Position numbers and translations under genes: made by a program. DNA of 64,000 nt from Candidatus Multivoradales bacterium (lineage in GTDB: Bacteria; Acidobacteriota; Thermoanaerobaculia; Multivoradales; JAHEKO01): assembly GCA_965223855.1 (NCBI GenBank), contig CBDCXM010000009.1, forward strand, positions 1,024,001-1,088,000, read 5' to 3'. Below the pieces are notes generated by a model. That model ran no database searches and was not told the origin of the DNA. It worked only from the letters and a program-made list of their open reading frames with translations. Shown piece after piece: positions 20,375-29,436 of the stretch (its first letter is position 1; every line of letters starts with the position of its first letter).

Positions 20375-20871
20375 CGCGACACCGGTTGCCTCGCAACAGT
20401 CACGACGAATCCGACGACATCGTCATGAAGGGAGGCGACCTCTACATCGGCCCGGTGGAGCCTTGCGAGGGACTCGAGAGCTCCGGCGATCTCTACGGCC
20501 TCGGCCGGCCCATGCGCGAAGAGGCCGATCTCCACACCTTTGTTCGAGAGCTTCACGTTTCGCAGGTCGATGTCCCGACCGGTGGCAACCGCGGCTGCGA
20601 GGACTTCCTCCATCGGCACGCTGGCGTCTGCCAGAGTCGCGGTGACGACAGCCAGATTCTCGAGGCGAGCTTTCCTCCGTTTGAAGTCCTCGACCTGTTC
20701 GGCGGCCGCGATCAGGCCCTCTTTCTCGAGGGCGGCCTTCAACTCGTAGATCTCCAGCTCAGCCGTTCGGCTGCCACGGTAGGCCTTGATCTCGAGTGCA
20801 AGCGAGACCAGAAGGCCGATCGAGCCTCCTACGATGATCGCCAGCACCCGGCGTCTAGCGAGAGGCGACAA
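20371..20871 (-). CDS. PilN/GspL-like protein
   Basis: TM plus coiled coil (QVEDFKRRKARLE) plus beta/alpha domain; overlaps the PilO-like gene by 4 nt. Confidence 0.5.
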   Translation of the reverse strand: MSPLARRRVLAIIVGGSIGLLVSLALEIKAYRGSRTAELEIYELKAALEKEGLIAAAEQVEDFKRRKARLENLAVVTATLADASVPMEEVLAAAVATGRDIDLRNVKLSNKGVEIGLFAHGPAEAVEIAGALESLARLHRADVEVASLHDDVVGFVVTVARQPVSR

Positions 20872-21646
20872 CTTGCGCCTCCCCTGGCGTGCGCTCGATC
20901 GCCGCGGCCCTTTTCAGCTGGTCGATCTCATGATTCAGAAACAGAATGGCCGCTTCGTCGAATCCGATTCCGATCGCCAGCATGATCGGACTGAAGCCGT
21001 TCTCGTTGGTGCTGCGATGCTGCGCGCCGTGCTTCGACAGGAGTTCGATCATGGGGAAGTTTCGCCGGTCGACAGCCTCCAGGAGCGGCGAAGTCCGATC
21101 GAACTCCCACTCGGGATCGACTCCGACGGTGAGGAGAAACGAGGCGCGCTTCAGATCGCCGGCTTCGACGGCGCCAAGCAACGCAGCTCTGCCGATCGGC
21201 GGCGAGTAGACGAGGAAGAGGCCGATGGCCGCGGCGAGAAACGCCCACATGACGAGCCTGCGCCGAACCGGAGAAGAGCGCAGGCCCTGCACCACGGCGA
21301 CCGCGCTTGCCAGAAGCAGCGGCAGAGTGGCGGGCGTCAGGTGCTCCGGACTGAAGTTGAGAGCGATTGCCAGGACCGGTGCGGCCGGAAGGAGCCAGTC
21401 CGCGCCTCCCCGGCGCTCAGCGACAGCCCTCCGACCAAGCCAGAAGAGAAGTGGCGCCGAGAGGCCGGCCAGCAGGCCGCTGGCCAGGAGCTTTGCAGCA
21501 CCGGAAACTCCCTCCTGCAGCCTCGGCCAGGCGACTTCCGCGGCAAGGTAGAAGCCCAGGACGCTCAGCGGGAGAGCGCTTGCACCCAGCACCCAGTGGA
21601 CCTGTCTCCAGACCGGGGAGTCTCTGAGTCTTGTCGAGAAACGCAC
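20855..21646 (-). CDS. Membrane protein with C-terminal ankyrin repeats
   Basis: Several TM segments, then SPLLEAV...LLSKHGA...GFSPIMLA; start is approximate. Confidence 0.65.
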   Translation of the reverse strand: MRFSTRLRDSPVWRQVHWVLGASALPLSVLGFYLAAEVAWPRLQEGVSGAAKLLASGLLAGLSAPLLFWLGRRAVAERRGGADWLLPAAPVLAIALNFSPEHLTPATLPLLLASAVAVVQGLRSSPVRRRLVMWAFLAAAIGLFLVYSPPIGRAALLGAVEAGDLKRASFLLTVGVDPEWEFDRTSPLLEAVDRRNFPMIELLSKHGAQHRSTNENGFSPIMLAIGIGFDEAAILFLNHEIDQLKRAAAIERTPGEAQVVASR

Positions 21647-21856
21647 GGTGACCTCAGCTGCCCAGGGGCTCCGGTGCTCGTCCACTGCAGCTGGCGACTC
21701 GGTCCAGACCAGGAGTGTCTGCTGCCGCAGGCATAGATGGGAGAGATCGATGGTAGCAAGGGGAGTTCGAGAGACCGGGCCCTCGAGGGACCAGCCGTAG
21801 CCGGTTGCTGCCGCTACGCTTGCATCGGGCCAACGCCGGAGCGAGGATGGCCTGGG

Positions 21857-22285
21857 ATGACCGACTTCCACCTCGACCGCTTCCACCAGATGCCGCTCGC
21901 CGGGGCGGCGATGACCCCCTTCCCCCACTTCGTCAGTCCCGACGACCCGGTGGATCTGGTGGAGGAGCTCATGAGCCGCTACGACATCCGGCACATCCCG
22001 GTCCACGACGGCGGCGAGCCCGTCGGCGTGATCTCCGAGCGCGAGCTGGCCGGTTGCGGTGCGGGCGCGACCGCCGAAGACGTCATGGCGACCCATCCCT
22101 GCGTCGTCGGCATCGGAGCGCCGCTCAACGAAGTCCTGCGCGAGATGGCCGACCGCCGCAGCGGCGCCGCCCTCGTCGTCCGCAAGGGCAAGCTTGCCGG
22201 CATCCTGTCGGTCACTGACGCCTGCAGGATCCTCGCGGAGGTGCTCGAGGACCGGTATCCGGGTGACGGCGACGATGCGGCCTAG
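21857..22285 (+). CDS. CBS-domain protein
   Basis: IRHIPVHDGGEPVGVISERE; GKLAGILSVTD. Confidence 0.85.
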   Translation: MTDFHLDRFHQMPLAGAAMTPFPHFVSPDDPVDLVEELMSRYDIRHIPVHDGGEPVGVISERELAGCGAGATAEDVMATHPCVVGIGAPLNEVLREMADRRSGAALVVRKGKLAGILSVTDACRILAEVLEDRYPGDGDDAA

Positions 22286-22319
22286 CAAGATGGGCGGGGT
22301 GAGGACTGCTGCCCGGCCG

Positions 22320-23441
22320 CTACGGTACCGACGTGGACCAGGCCGAGGTGTCGCCCGACTCGAAGCCGTCGGCGAAGATCGAGAGCAGCACCTCGAAGGC
22401 GTTGTCACTGATCACACCTGTCACGTAGACGTTCCCTGAGCTTCCGGGGACGATCCCTGCCGGGCCGTCGAGCGGGTGAACGCCATCGCCGGAGCTGTCG
22501 ATCAACAACTGGACCTCGCCCGAGGCCCTGATCCGGAAGGCGTTGTCGCTCGCGGTACCGGTGACGTAGACGTTGCCAGAGTGATCCGCCTCGACTGCCT
22601 GAGGCCAGGTCAGCATGTTGCCGGTCCCGTCCCCCGAACTATCGATGATCTGAGTGGCAACGCCGGCCGGCGACACCTTGAAGACGTTGGCGCTGAAGAA
22701 CCCGGTGACGTAGGCGTTGTCGGCGGCATCGACGGCGATGCCGAACGGCGTGTCGAGCGGATGGCTACCGTCTCCCGTCGCGTCGATGATCTCGCTCACG
22801 ATGCCGGCTGGTGTGACTCTGAAGGCGTTGGAGCTGCTGAAGCCCGCGACGTAGACGTTGCCGGTAGGGCCGACGGCGATGCCGTAGGCGTCGTCGAGCT
22901 CGTTGCCGGCGCCATCGCCCGAAGCGTCGATTATCTGGATGATGGCTCCGCCCGGCTCGATCCTGAAGGCGTTGTCGCTGCCGAACCCGCTGACGTAGAC
23001 GTTCCCCGCGGCGTCGACGTCGACGTCCTGAGGATTGGTGAGGGGGTGAGTGCCGTCCCCGGTCGGATCGATCACGACGCTGATCGCTCCCCCCGGCGCG
23101 ATTCTGAAGACGTTGTGACTCGACAGGCCCGCAACATAGACGTTGCCGGCCAGGTCCACCGCGACAGCCGTCGCCTGGTCTAGCGGCTGGCCTGCGCCGT
23201 CGCCGGTCGAGTCGATGATCTGAGAGACCACTCCGGCGGGCGTGATCCTGAACGCGTTGTCGCTTTCTCCCCCGGTGACGAACACGTTGCCTGAGCCGTC
23301 CACGGCAACTCCGAAGGGCGAGTCGAGGGCCGCCGAGCCGTCGCCGGAGGCGTCGATGATCTGGCTAGAAGGCGGTTGGGCGACCGCCGAGATCGCCGGC
23401 AGGAGTGTGACGAGAAGTACGGAACTCATTCGCAGACGCAC
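22320..23441 (-). CDS. Secreted NHL/SBBP-repeat beta-propeller with IFADGFESGDTSAWS tail
   Basis: Seven repeats of about 47 aa (IID.SGDG...AVD..GNVYV.G..SDNAFRI); tail motif. Confidence 0.85.
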   Translation of the reverse strand: MRLRMSSVLLVTLLPAISAVAQPPSSQIIDASGDGSAALDSPFGVAVDGSGNVFVTGGESDNAFRITPAGVVSQIIDSTGDGAGQPLDQATAVAVDLAGNVYVAGLSSHNVFRIAPGGAISVVIDPTGDGTHPLTNPQDVDVDAAGNVYVSGFGSDNAFRIEPGGAIIQIIDASGDGAGNELDDAYGIAVGPTGNVYVAGFSSSNAFRVTPAGIVSEIIDATGDGSHPLDTPFGIAVDAADNAYVTGFFSANVFKVSPAGVATQIIDSSGDGTGNMLTWPQAVEADHSGNVYVTGTASDNAFRIRASGEVQLLIDSSGDGVHPLDGPAGIVPGSSGNVYVTGVISDNAFEVLLSIFADGFESGDTSAWSTSVP

Positions 23442-23489
23442 GGTGCCTCCAATCAGGAAGTGAACGTCGAGAGGGCAGCCGGGCCGGTG

Positions 23490-24242
23490 TCAGTCGTCCA
23501 GGGACAACTCGTTCTTGCCTCCGCGGTCGCCGGCTCCGGTGAGCGCGCCGTTGACGAAGCGAATCGTGAGCGCTTCGCCAGGCTGCTGCACCTTCGCCCT
23601 CCAGAAGCCCACCTTCACACCGGAATCGGTGCGCAGCGTCCAGACCTCGACCTGGTCGCCGTTCTCCTCGAACTTCTCGAATCTCTCGGGGCTCCCGACG
23701 ACGTAGAAGGCCTGGCGCTTGTTCATGCCGTCGACCAGCTCTCTGCGCGCAATCGCGCTGCGGATGCTCTCAGGCCAGTCCGGGTGCTCGTCCTGAAGCG
23801 GGCGGGTCGCGAAGGTCTTGTCGAACGCCGCGCGGAAGTCGTCGAACGAGCCGATCTCGATGAACTTGACGACGGTATGTCCGCCTCTCGAGCTGTCGAG
23901 CTCGATCTCGCACTCGGCGTCCTCGCAGTCCATCTCGTCGAGCGTGACCTCGTCGTTGACCCGCACGCTCAACTGAGTCGACCCCATGTGGTAGAAGCCC
24001 GCGTTGAAGCCCATCTCACCTTCCTCCGATCCTCTCGGTGAGACCTCGACGACGGGTGAGTAATAGACCCCGAAAGGATGGCGCCCCGTCTCGCAGGGCG
24101 CGTCGATTCGCATGTAGAGCGGCCCGTTCTTCAGAAGCTGCTTGGCCCGTTTTCGATCGCTCTTGGAGAGCGCCTCTGCGACGGAGGGAATCAGAAGGGC
24201 GAGAGCGACGAGGGCTACGGTGGACTTTTCAATGTGGCGCAT
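23490..24242 (-). CDS. Secreted hypothetical protein with SmpA-like C-terminal motif
   Basis: Signal peptide; GMNKRQAFYVVGSPER. Confidence 0.7.
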   Translation of the reverse strand: MRHIEKSTVALVALALLIPSVAEALSKSDRKRAKQLLKNGPLYMRIDAPCETGRHPFGVYYSPVVEVSPRGSEEGEMGFNAGFYHMGSTQLSVRVNDEVTLDEMDCEDAECEIELDSSRGGHTVVKFIEIGSFDDFRAAFDKTFATRPLQDEHPDWPESIRSAIARRELVDGMNKRQAFYVVGSPERFEKFEENGDQVEVWTLRTDSGVKVGFWRAKVQQPGEALTIRFVNGALTGAGDRGGKNELSLDD

Positions 24243-24284
24243 TGGAGAGTTCCCCTATCTGGTTTCTTGGCGTTGAGGGGCGTC

Positions 24285-24800
24285 TCAGTCCCCGCCCAGG
24301 GAGAGGGCGGCACAGACGGAGATGTGGCTCAGGCCGGTTGCGTAGCGCGCCTCGGCCTTGAGAGCCGGGCCGAAGCTGAAGCCGGCCACGCCGATGACCC
24401 CCGAAGAGGAGATCCCCAGGCTGGCAGAAGCGTCCGACAGACTGACGTCGTAGATGTAGGGACCTCCACCGAAATACCATCCCGAAGTGGACCCTTCGTT
24501 GAGCCAGTAGCGAACCTCGGCGCCGAGCGCGAGCACATCGATCTCGATCGGCAGGAACAGAAGGGGGTCGATCTCGGTCGAGTAGTAGAAGACGCTCGGG
24601 TAGAGCCTGAGTCCGTCATGGAGCTCACCCAGATCGACGGCGGCGCCGAAGCCGTAGGTCGAGTCGCCCAGATCCGGTTCGACCATGCCGGCGCGAAGCT
24701 CGAATCCTCGGAAGCCGAGGTCAGCAGCCTCGGAAGGCCAGCAGGTCAGCAGCCCCATGAGCAGGACTGCCGCTCGAACTGCAGGTGTGGGTCGTTTCAT
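24285..24800 (-). CDS. Small outer-membrane beta-barrel protein
   Basis: Signal peptide; alternating aromatic strands (GWYFGGG, AEARY). Confidence 0.75.
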   Translation of the reverse strand: MKRPTPAVRAAVLLMGLLTCWPSEAADLGFRGFELRAGMVEPDLGDSTYGFGAAVDLGELHDGLRLYPSVFYYSTEIDPLLFLPIEIDVLALGAEVRYWLNEGSTSGWYFGGGPYIYDVSLSDASASLGISSSGVIGVAGFSFGPALKAEARYATGLSHISVCAALSLGGD

Positions 24801-24934
24801 TTCGGTCTCCCTCGTTCCTGGTACTCGATGAGTGGATCGGTTGCCCGTTTCACCCCTCTAAGCGACAACGCGGGCGATAGGGTCCGACCGGGTCCACTCA
24901 GTCCGACTGCGGCCCGCGACGCCCGTCTACCGAC

Positions 24935-25456
24935 TCAGTTCGAGCGGAAGGTCGCGATCCGGAACCTCCCGCCGTTCGAAACCGGCTCCGCCCCTTCCAA
25001 CTCGATCAGCTGCACCTGGGTGCCGTCGATCCGGGAGACCCGCAGCGTCCCGACCCAGCCGTAGCCCAGGATGTTGCCGTCGCTCACGCCTCCCTGGTGT
25101 TCCACGGCGACGATCTCGAGGGCGTGCTCCCCGCTTCTGAGCGCGGAGTGGACCGTGGTCAGGATGCAGGTTCGACAGCCGCCGGTGGCCCGGCGATCGG
25201 AGGTGAGGATCCGCTCGCCGTCGAGTTCGAGCCCGAGGACGAGGGCTCTCGCATTGTCGAAGCCGCCGATCACGGACACGCGGAGTGAGACAGAAAGAAC
25301 ACCCGCGGGAGGTTCGGCCGGGTTGCTGTCCGAGCAGGCGGCCAGCAGGAGCAGCGCGCTCGAAAGGAGCAACACAGGTGTGAAGAGCCGGGACGAAGAT
25401 GCGTGCCGGTTCCGAGCGACGAGAAGGGGTGACGGCGGATGCGTGTGTCGATTCAT
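24935..25456 (-). CDS. Hypothetical lipoprotein
   Basis: LLLLAAC lipobox; divergent from the ECF gene. Confidence 0.6.
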   Translation of the reverse strand: MNRHTHPPSPLLVARNRHASSSRLFTPVLLLSSALLLLAACSDSNPAEPPAGVLSVSLRVSVIGGFDNARALVLGLELDGERILTSDRRATGGCRTCILTTVHSALRSGEHALEIVAVEHQGGVSDGNILGYGWVGTLRVSRIDGTQVQLIELEGAEPVSNGGRFRIATFRSN

Positions 25457-25519
25457 GTCTACAATGGCGCAGGATGAGACCGATCGGTCCGAAGAGCATC
25501 GGCGGCGCCGGGCTCCGCC

Positions 25520-26149
25520 GTGGCCTTGCGTCGGCAGGCTCTGCGACGGCATCAGGGGGGCGAAGTGCCGACGGGTCCCGGTGACGTCACGAGACTCCTG
25601 CAAGCCTGGGGAGACGGTGACCCGGAGGCTCGCGATGAGCTGATTCCCCTGATCTTCGACGATCTGCGAAGGATCGCTCAGCAGTACTACTCGCGCGAGC
25701 GGCAGGGCCACACCCTCCACCCCACGGCGCTCGTCAACGAGCTCTATCTGAAGCTCGAGGGGCGCAAGGGGCCGCCATGGCGCAATCGCGAGCAGTTCTT
25801 CGCTGTGGCGTCCAAGATGATCCGCCACATCCTGGTCGACTATGCCCGCCGGCGCAGCGCGCAGAAGCGCGGCGGCGACGCGATACGAGTCGTCTTCGAC
25901 GAGGCGATGTCGTTCTCCGAGGGCAGGAGCGACGAACTCCTCGCTCTCCACGAAGCGCTCGCTCGCCTGGCCGAGGAGGATGCGCGGAGCGCGAGGGTCG
26001 TCGAACTCCATGCCTTCGGCGGGTTGACCTTCGATGAGATCGCGAGGGTCCTGGACCTGGCCCGTAGCACCGTCATGCGGGACTGGAAGTTCGCGCGCCT
26101 GTGGCTGCGGAGGTACCTGTCCGGCACTCCGCCGGGCGAGTCGTCATGA
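25520..26149 (+). CDS. ECF sigma factor, kinase-associated type
   Basis: VTRLLQAW...HTLHPTALVNE...RRRSAQKRGG...RDWKFARLWL; true start is probably near 25565. Confidence 0.92.
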   Translation: MALRRQALRRHQGGEVPTGPGDVTRLLQAWGDGDPEARDELIPLIFDDLRRIAQQYYSRERQGHTLHPTALVNELYLKLEGRKGPPWRNREQFFAVASKMIRHILVDYARRRSAQKRGGDAIRVVFDEAMSFSEGRSDELLALHEALARLAEEDARSARVVELHAFGGLTFDEIARVLDLARSTVMRDWKFARLWLRRYLSGTPPGESS

Positions 26150-28476
26150 AGCCACCGGGAGACGAGACTCTCAAGCGCTGCCTGGAGCGGATCCTTGCGC
26201 TCGAGTCGAAGGATCGCAACGCCGCGCTGGAGGAGCTGCGCTCCAGGCAGCCCGACCTTGCTCGAGAGGTGATGTCGCTCCTCGAGTTCGATGAAGTCGA
26301 GGCTCTGTGGTCGGAGAGCCCCCTCTTCTCCTTGAGCCGGCCGGACCCGGGGCACCGGCTTGCGGTGGGCCGGCGAATCGGTCCTTATCGCATCGTCCAG
26401 AAGCTCGGCGAGGGAGGCATGGGATCCGTGGCGCGGGCGGTCCGCGAAGGCGACTTCGAACTCGAGGTGGCGATCAAGACTCTCGGTGCCGGCGTCACTG
26501 CCGGCAGCGCGACGAGGCGGTTCCGGCGCGAGCGCCGGCTACTGGCCCTCCTCGACCACCCCAATATCGCGAGGATCCTGGATGGAGGCGAGACGGAAGA
26601 GGGAACGCCGTTCTTCGTACTCGAGTTCGTCGATGGTAGCCCCATCGACATGCACGTCGCCCGCTCGCAGCTGTCGCTGAGAGCTCGCATCGAGCTGTTT
26701 CTCAAGGTCTGCTCTGCCGTGAGTTCAGCCCACGAGCATCTGGTGATCCACCGGGACTTGAAACCGGCGAACGTCCTGGTCGATCGGGACGGTGAGCCGA
26801 AGGTGCTGGACTTCGGGATCGCCAAGCTCATCGATAGCGGAGTCGTGGGCGACGATCTGACGTCGGATCATCAGCTACCCATGACCCTGCGCTACGCGAG
26901 CCCCGAGCAGCTCCGCGGCAACGAGCTCACGACCCGCTCCGACATCTATTCCCTGGGGGTTGTGCTGTTCGAAGTGTTGACCGAGAGGCACCCGTTCGCC
27001 GAATCCGGTGACGACGCCCTGGCGCTGGTCGAGGCGATCGGTGGGCCGCGGCCGCTACCCAGCAAGGTGGCCGGGAGCAGCGATCTGGCGGGGGATCTGG
27101 ACAGCATCGTGCTCAAGGCGATGGCTCCTCTTGCCGGAGATCGCTATCGGACGGTCGATGAGCTGGCGAGCGACCTCGAGCGCCATCTCGAGGGCCTCCC
27201 GGTTCGAGCCCGGGAGGCGACCGTCGCCTACCGGTTGTCGAGATTCGCGGCCAGGCATCGGGCAGCGCTCCTGGCGCTGGGCGCGTTCCTGGTGCTTCTC
27301 ATGAGCACCACGGCCGCAACGACGATCCTCTGGCGGCGGGCCGTCGAGCAGCGATCGCTGGCCGATGCGGCGCGAGCGCGTTCGGACACGGCTCTCGAGT
27401 TCACCAAGGACCTCTTCTGGAACTCGCTCGAGGCACCCGGGGTCGAAGGTCAGCCTCAGGCCATGGATCTGCTCCGCAGGGCCGAGGAGGCGCTCAACGA
27501 CGAAGGGGGCGATCCGCTGGTGAGGGCCGATCTGCTCGGCTCCGTCGGCCAGGCACTGGTTCGCCTCGGTCGGCTGGAAGAGGCCCGGCGGCCCATCGAC
27601 AAGGCCGAGCAGTTGCTTCGCGCCGAGTACCCGGAGGACCATCCCGAGCTGACCGAGGTGCTCAGCAACCGCGCCAGCCTCTACTTCCGGCTCGGGCGAT
27701 ATCGCGAGGCCGAGCCTCTCTACCGCGACGTACTCGCTCGACGCCAGGCACTCGGCGCTTCGAACCCGTGCGATCCGCGGCTCGTCAAGGCATGGGGGAA
27801 TATGGCGCTGATTCTCGCCACACAGGGAGAGGTGCGCGAGCCCGAGCGGCTCTACCTCCGGGCACTGGCCTGCAGAAGGTCGAGCGAGTCGCCCGACTCG
27901 CCGGTGCTGGCGCGCAGCCTCCTGGGCCTGGGGTCGCTCTACCGTCAGTCCGGCGAGCTGGAGGAGTCGGAGCGCCTGCTGCGCGAGGCGCTGAGAATCC
28001 GACGGGCGAACTTCGCCGCCGACGATCCGAGGGTCGCGAGCGCTCTGTCCGCCCTCGGTCGGTTGCTGCTCCAGAAGGGAGACTCCCGGGAGGCCTCGGA
28101 GGTGCTCGAAGAGTCCCTGCGAGTTCGGCGGGCCGAGCTCGGAGCAGACCATACGAGTACCGCCCTGGGCGAACTCGATCTGGCGGAGCTCTACCTCGAG
28201 ACGGACCGCGAAGAGGCCGGAGAAGAACTGGTGACACATGCGCTGGCGAGCCTCGAGAGCCGACACGCGCCGGACTCGTGGGAGATCGCTCGGGCACGGT
28301 CGCTGTTGGCCCGCTGCCTGGCCGCGAAGGGCGAGACCGCCGAGGCGACACGGCTGCTTCGCGTGGCTCACGCCACCCTGAGCAGGGTGCGAGGCGCGAA
28401 GGCGCCTTACACGGTGGAAGCGGAGAACGCTCTCCTGGCGCTGGGCGAGTTTCCGGCAGCCGGTTCTGCCAGATAG
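26146..28476 (+). CDS. Membrane Ser/Thr protein kinase with C-terminal TPRs
   Basis: GEGGMG, HRDLKPAN, DFG, YASPEQ; TM; TPRs; ATGA overlap with the ECF gene. Confidence 0.92.
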   Translation: MKPPGDETLKRCLERILALESKDRNAALEELRSRQPDLAREVMSLLEFDEVEALWSESPLFSLSRPDPGHRLAVGRRIGPYRIVQKLGEGGMGSVARAVREGDFELEVAIKTLGAGVTAGSATRRFRRERRLLALLDHPNIARILDGGETEEGTPFFVLEFVDGSPIDMHVARSQLSLRARIELFLKVCSAVSSAHEHLVIHRDLKPANVLVDRDGEPKVLDFGIAKLIDSGVVGDDLTSDHQLPMTLRYASPEQLRGNELTTRSDIYSLGVVLFEVLTERHPFAESGDDALALVEAIGGPRPLPSKVAGSSDLAGDLDSIVLKAMAPLAGDRYRTVDELASDLERHLEGLPVRAREATVAYRLSRFAARHRAALLALGAFLVLLMSTTAATTILWRRAVEQRSLADAARARSDTALEFTKDLFWNSLEAPGVEGQPQAMDLLRRAEEALNDEGGDPLVRADLLGSVGQALVRLGRLEEARRPIDKAEQLLRAEYPEDHPELTEVLSNRASLYFRLGRYREAEPLYRDVLARRQALGASNPCDPRLVKAWGNMALILATQGEVREPERLYLRALACRRSSESPDSPVLARSLLGLGSLYRQSGELEESERLLREALRIRRANFAADDPRVASALSALGRLLLQKGDSREASEVLEESLRVRRAELGADHTSTALGELDLAELYLETDREEAGEELVTHALASLESRHAPDSWEIARARSLLARCLAAKGETAEATRLLRVAHATLSRVRGAKAPYTVEAENALLALGEFPAAGSAR

Positions 28477-28528
28477 CTGCGAAATGCCGGAGGGCCGGCC
28501 GCTGCCGACCCTCCGGACACCTCGACAC

Positions 28529-28744
28529 CTAGGCGCCGAGCGTGCGCGCGACGAGGCTGGGCGGATCGGGCTCGTCCTCCTCACGGTCGTCGTCTTCGCA
28601 GCAGGACGCGAGGACGACTATCGGCGCCGGCTGGTCCGCCGACGATGGCGCTTCCCCGGCGCCGGTGCTCGCCGGAAGCCCCGACAGTGAGGCAATGGCT
28701 GCCACGGCCAGTAGTGCTGCGAGATGAATCCTGAACTGCTTCAT
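28529..28744 (-). CDS. Small secreted acidic peptide (71 aa)
   Basis: AAGGAG RBS, signal peptide MKQFRIHLAALLAVAAIA, then SCCEDDDREEDEPD. Confidence 0.6.
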   Translation of the reverse strand: MKQFRIHLAALLAVAAIASLSGLPASTGAGEAPSSADQPAPIVVLASCCEDDDREEDEPDPPSLVARTLGA

Positions 28745-28824
28745 GGAGTGCTCCTTCCCTGAACGGGTGGGTGTTTCCGTGGCCCAACTGCTGATGGCCA
28801 CGGGGTTCAGGAGCACTCCTGCGT

Positions 28825-29436
28825 TTGGTGGAAAAACCGGTCACAGAGCGGGTAGGGTCTTCCCAGGTGAAGATCCAGGAAGACGTGATCCGTGCGTTGC
28901 GCGAGGCCTTCGCGCTGAGGGGATCCGTGGTCTCGGAGGACGAAGTCGTCCAGGTCGCGATGGAGTCGCTTCGCAGGACCGGCCGGTCGTGCCTGCGCTA
29001 TCTGCGGGGCAAGACGGCCACGTACCAAACGGACGACCTGATGATCGAGGCGGCCCTCGTTCTCTTCGGCAAGGAACCCAGGTTCTTCGAGAGCGAGAAG
29101 CACTTCGAGAACTGGGCCTGGCAGGTCGCCCGGCGGCTGCACATGGCACACTGGCAGCGGAAGTTGCGGCTGAAACGGGGAGGAGACTTCACCCACATCC
29201 CGATCGCCGACGTGGACCCCGCTGACGCCTCGACCGTGATGGACGTCGATGTCCTGGCGCTCTACGAGGCGCTGGTGGAACTCGATCGCACGGAGCCCGA
29301 GCTCGTGAGCGTGGTGACAGTGCGGTTCCTTCTCGGCAACTCCGTGCTCGAGACGGCCGAGCTGCTGGGCATGAGCGAGAAGACGGTGCGTCGCAAGTCC
29401 GACGCCGCCAAGGCGTGGCTGCGGAGCGTGCTCTGA
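28825..29436 (+). CDS. Divergent ECF sigma factor, kinase-associated type
   Basis: RLKRGG, DVLALYEALVEL, ETAELLGMSEKTVRR..AKAWL; start uncertain. Confidence 0.8.
   Translation: MVEKPVTERVGSSQVKIQEDVIRALREAFALRGSVVSEDEVVQVAMESLRRTGRSCLRYLRGKTATYQTDDLMIEAALVLFGKEPRFFESEKHFENWAWQVARRLHMAHWQRKLRLKRGGDFTHIPIADVDPADASTVMDVDVLALYEALVELDRTEPELVSVVTVRFLLGNSVLETAELLGMSEKTVRRKSDAAKAWLRSVL

Noticed and set aside
22380-23360. DNA-level tandem repeat array
   Set aside because: Explained by the protein propeller repeats of the 22320-23441 CDS
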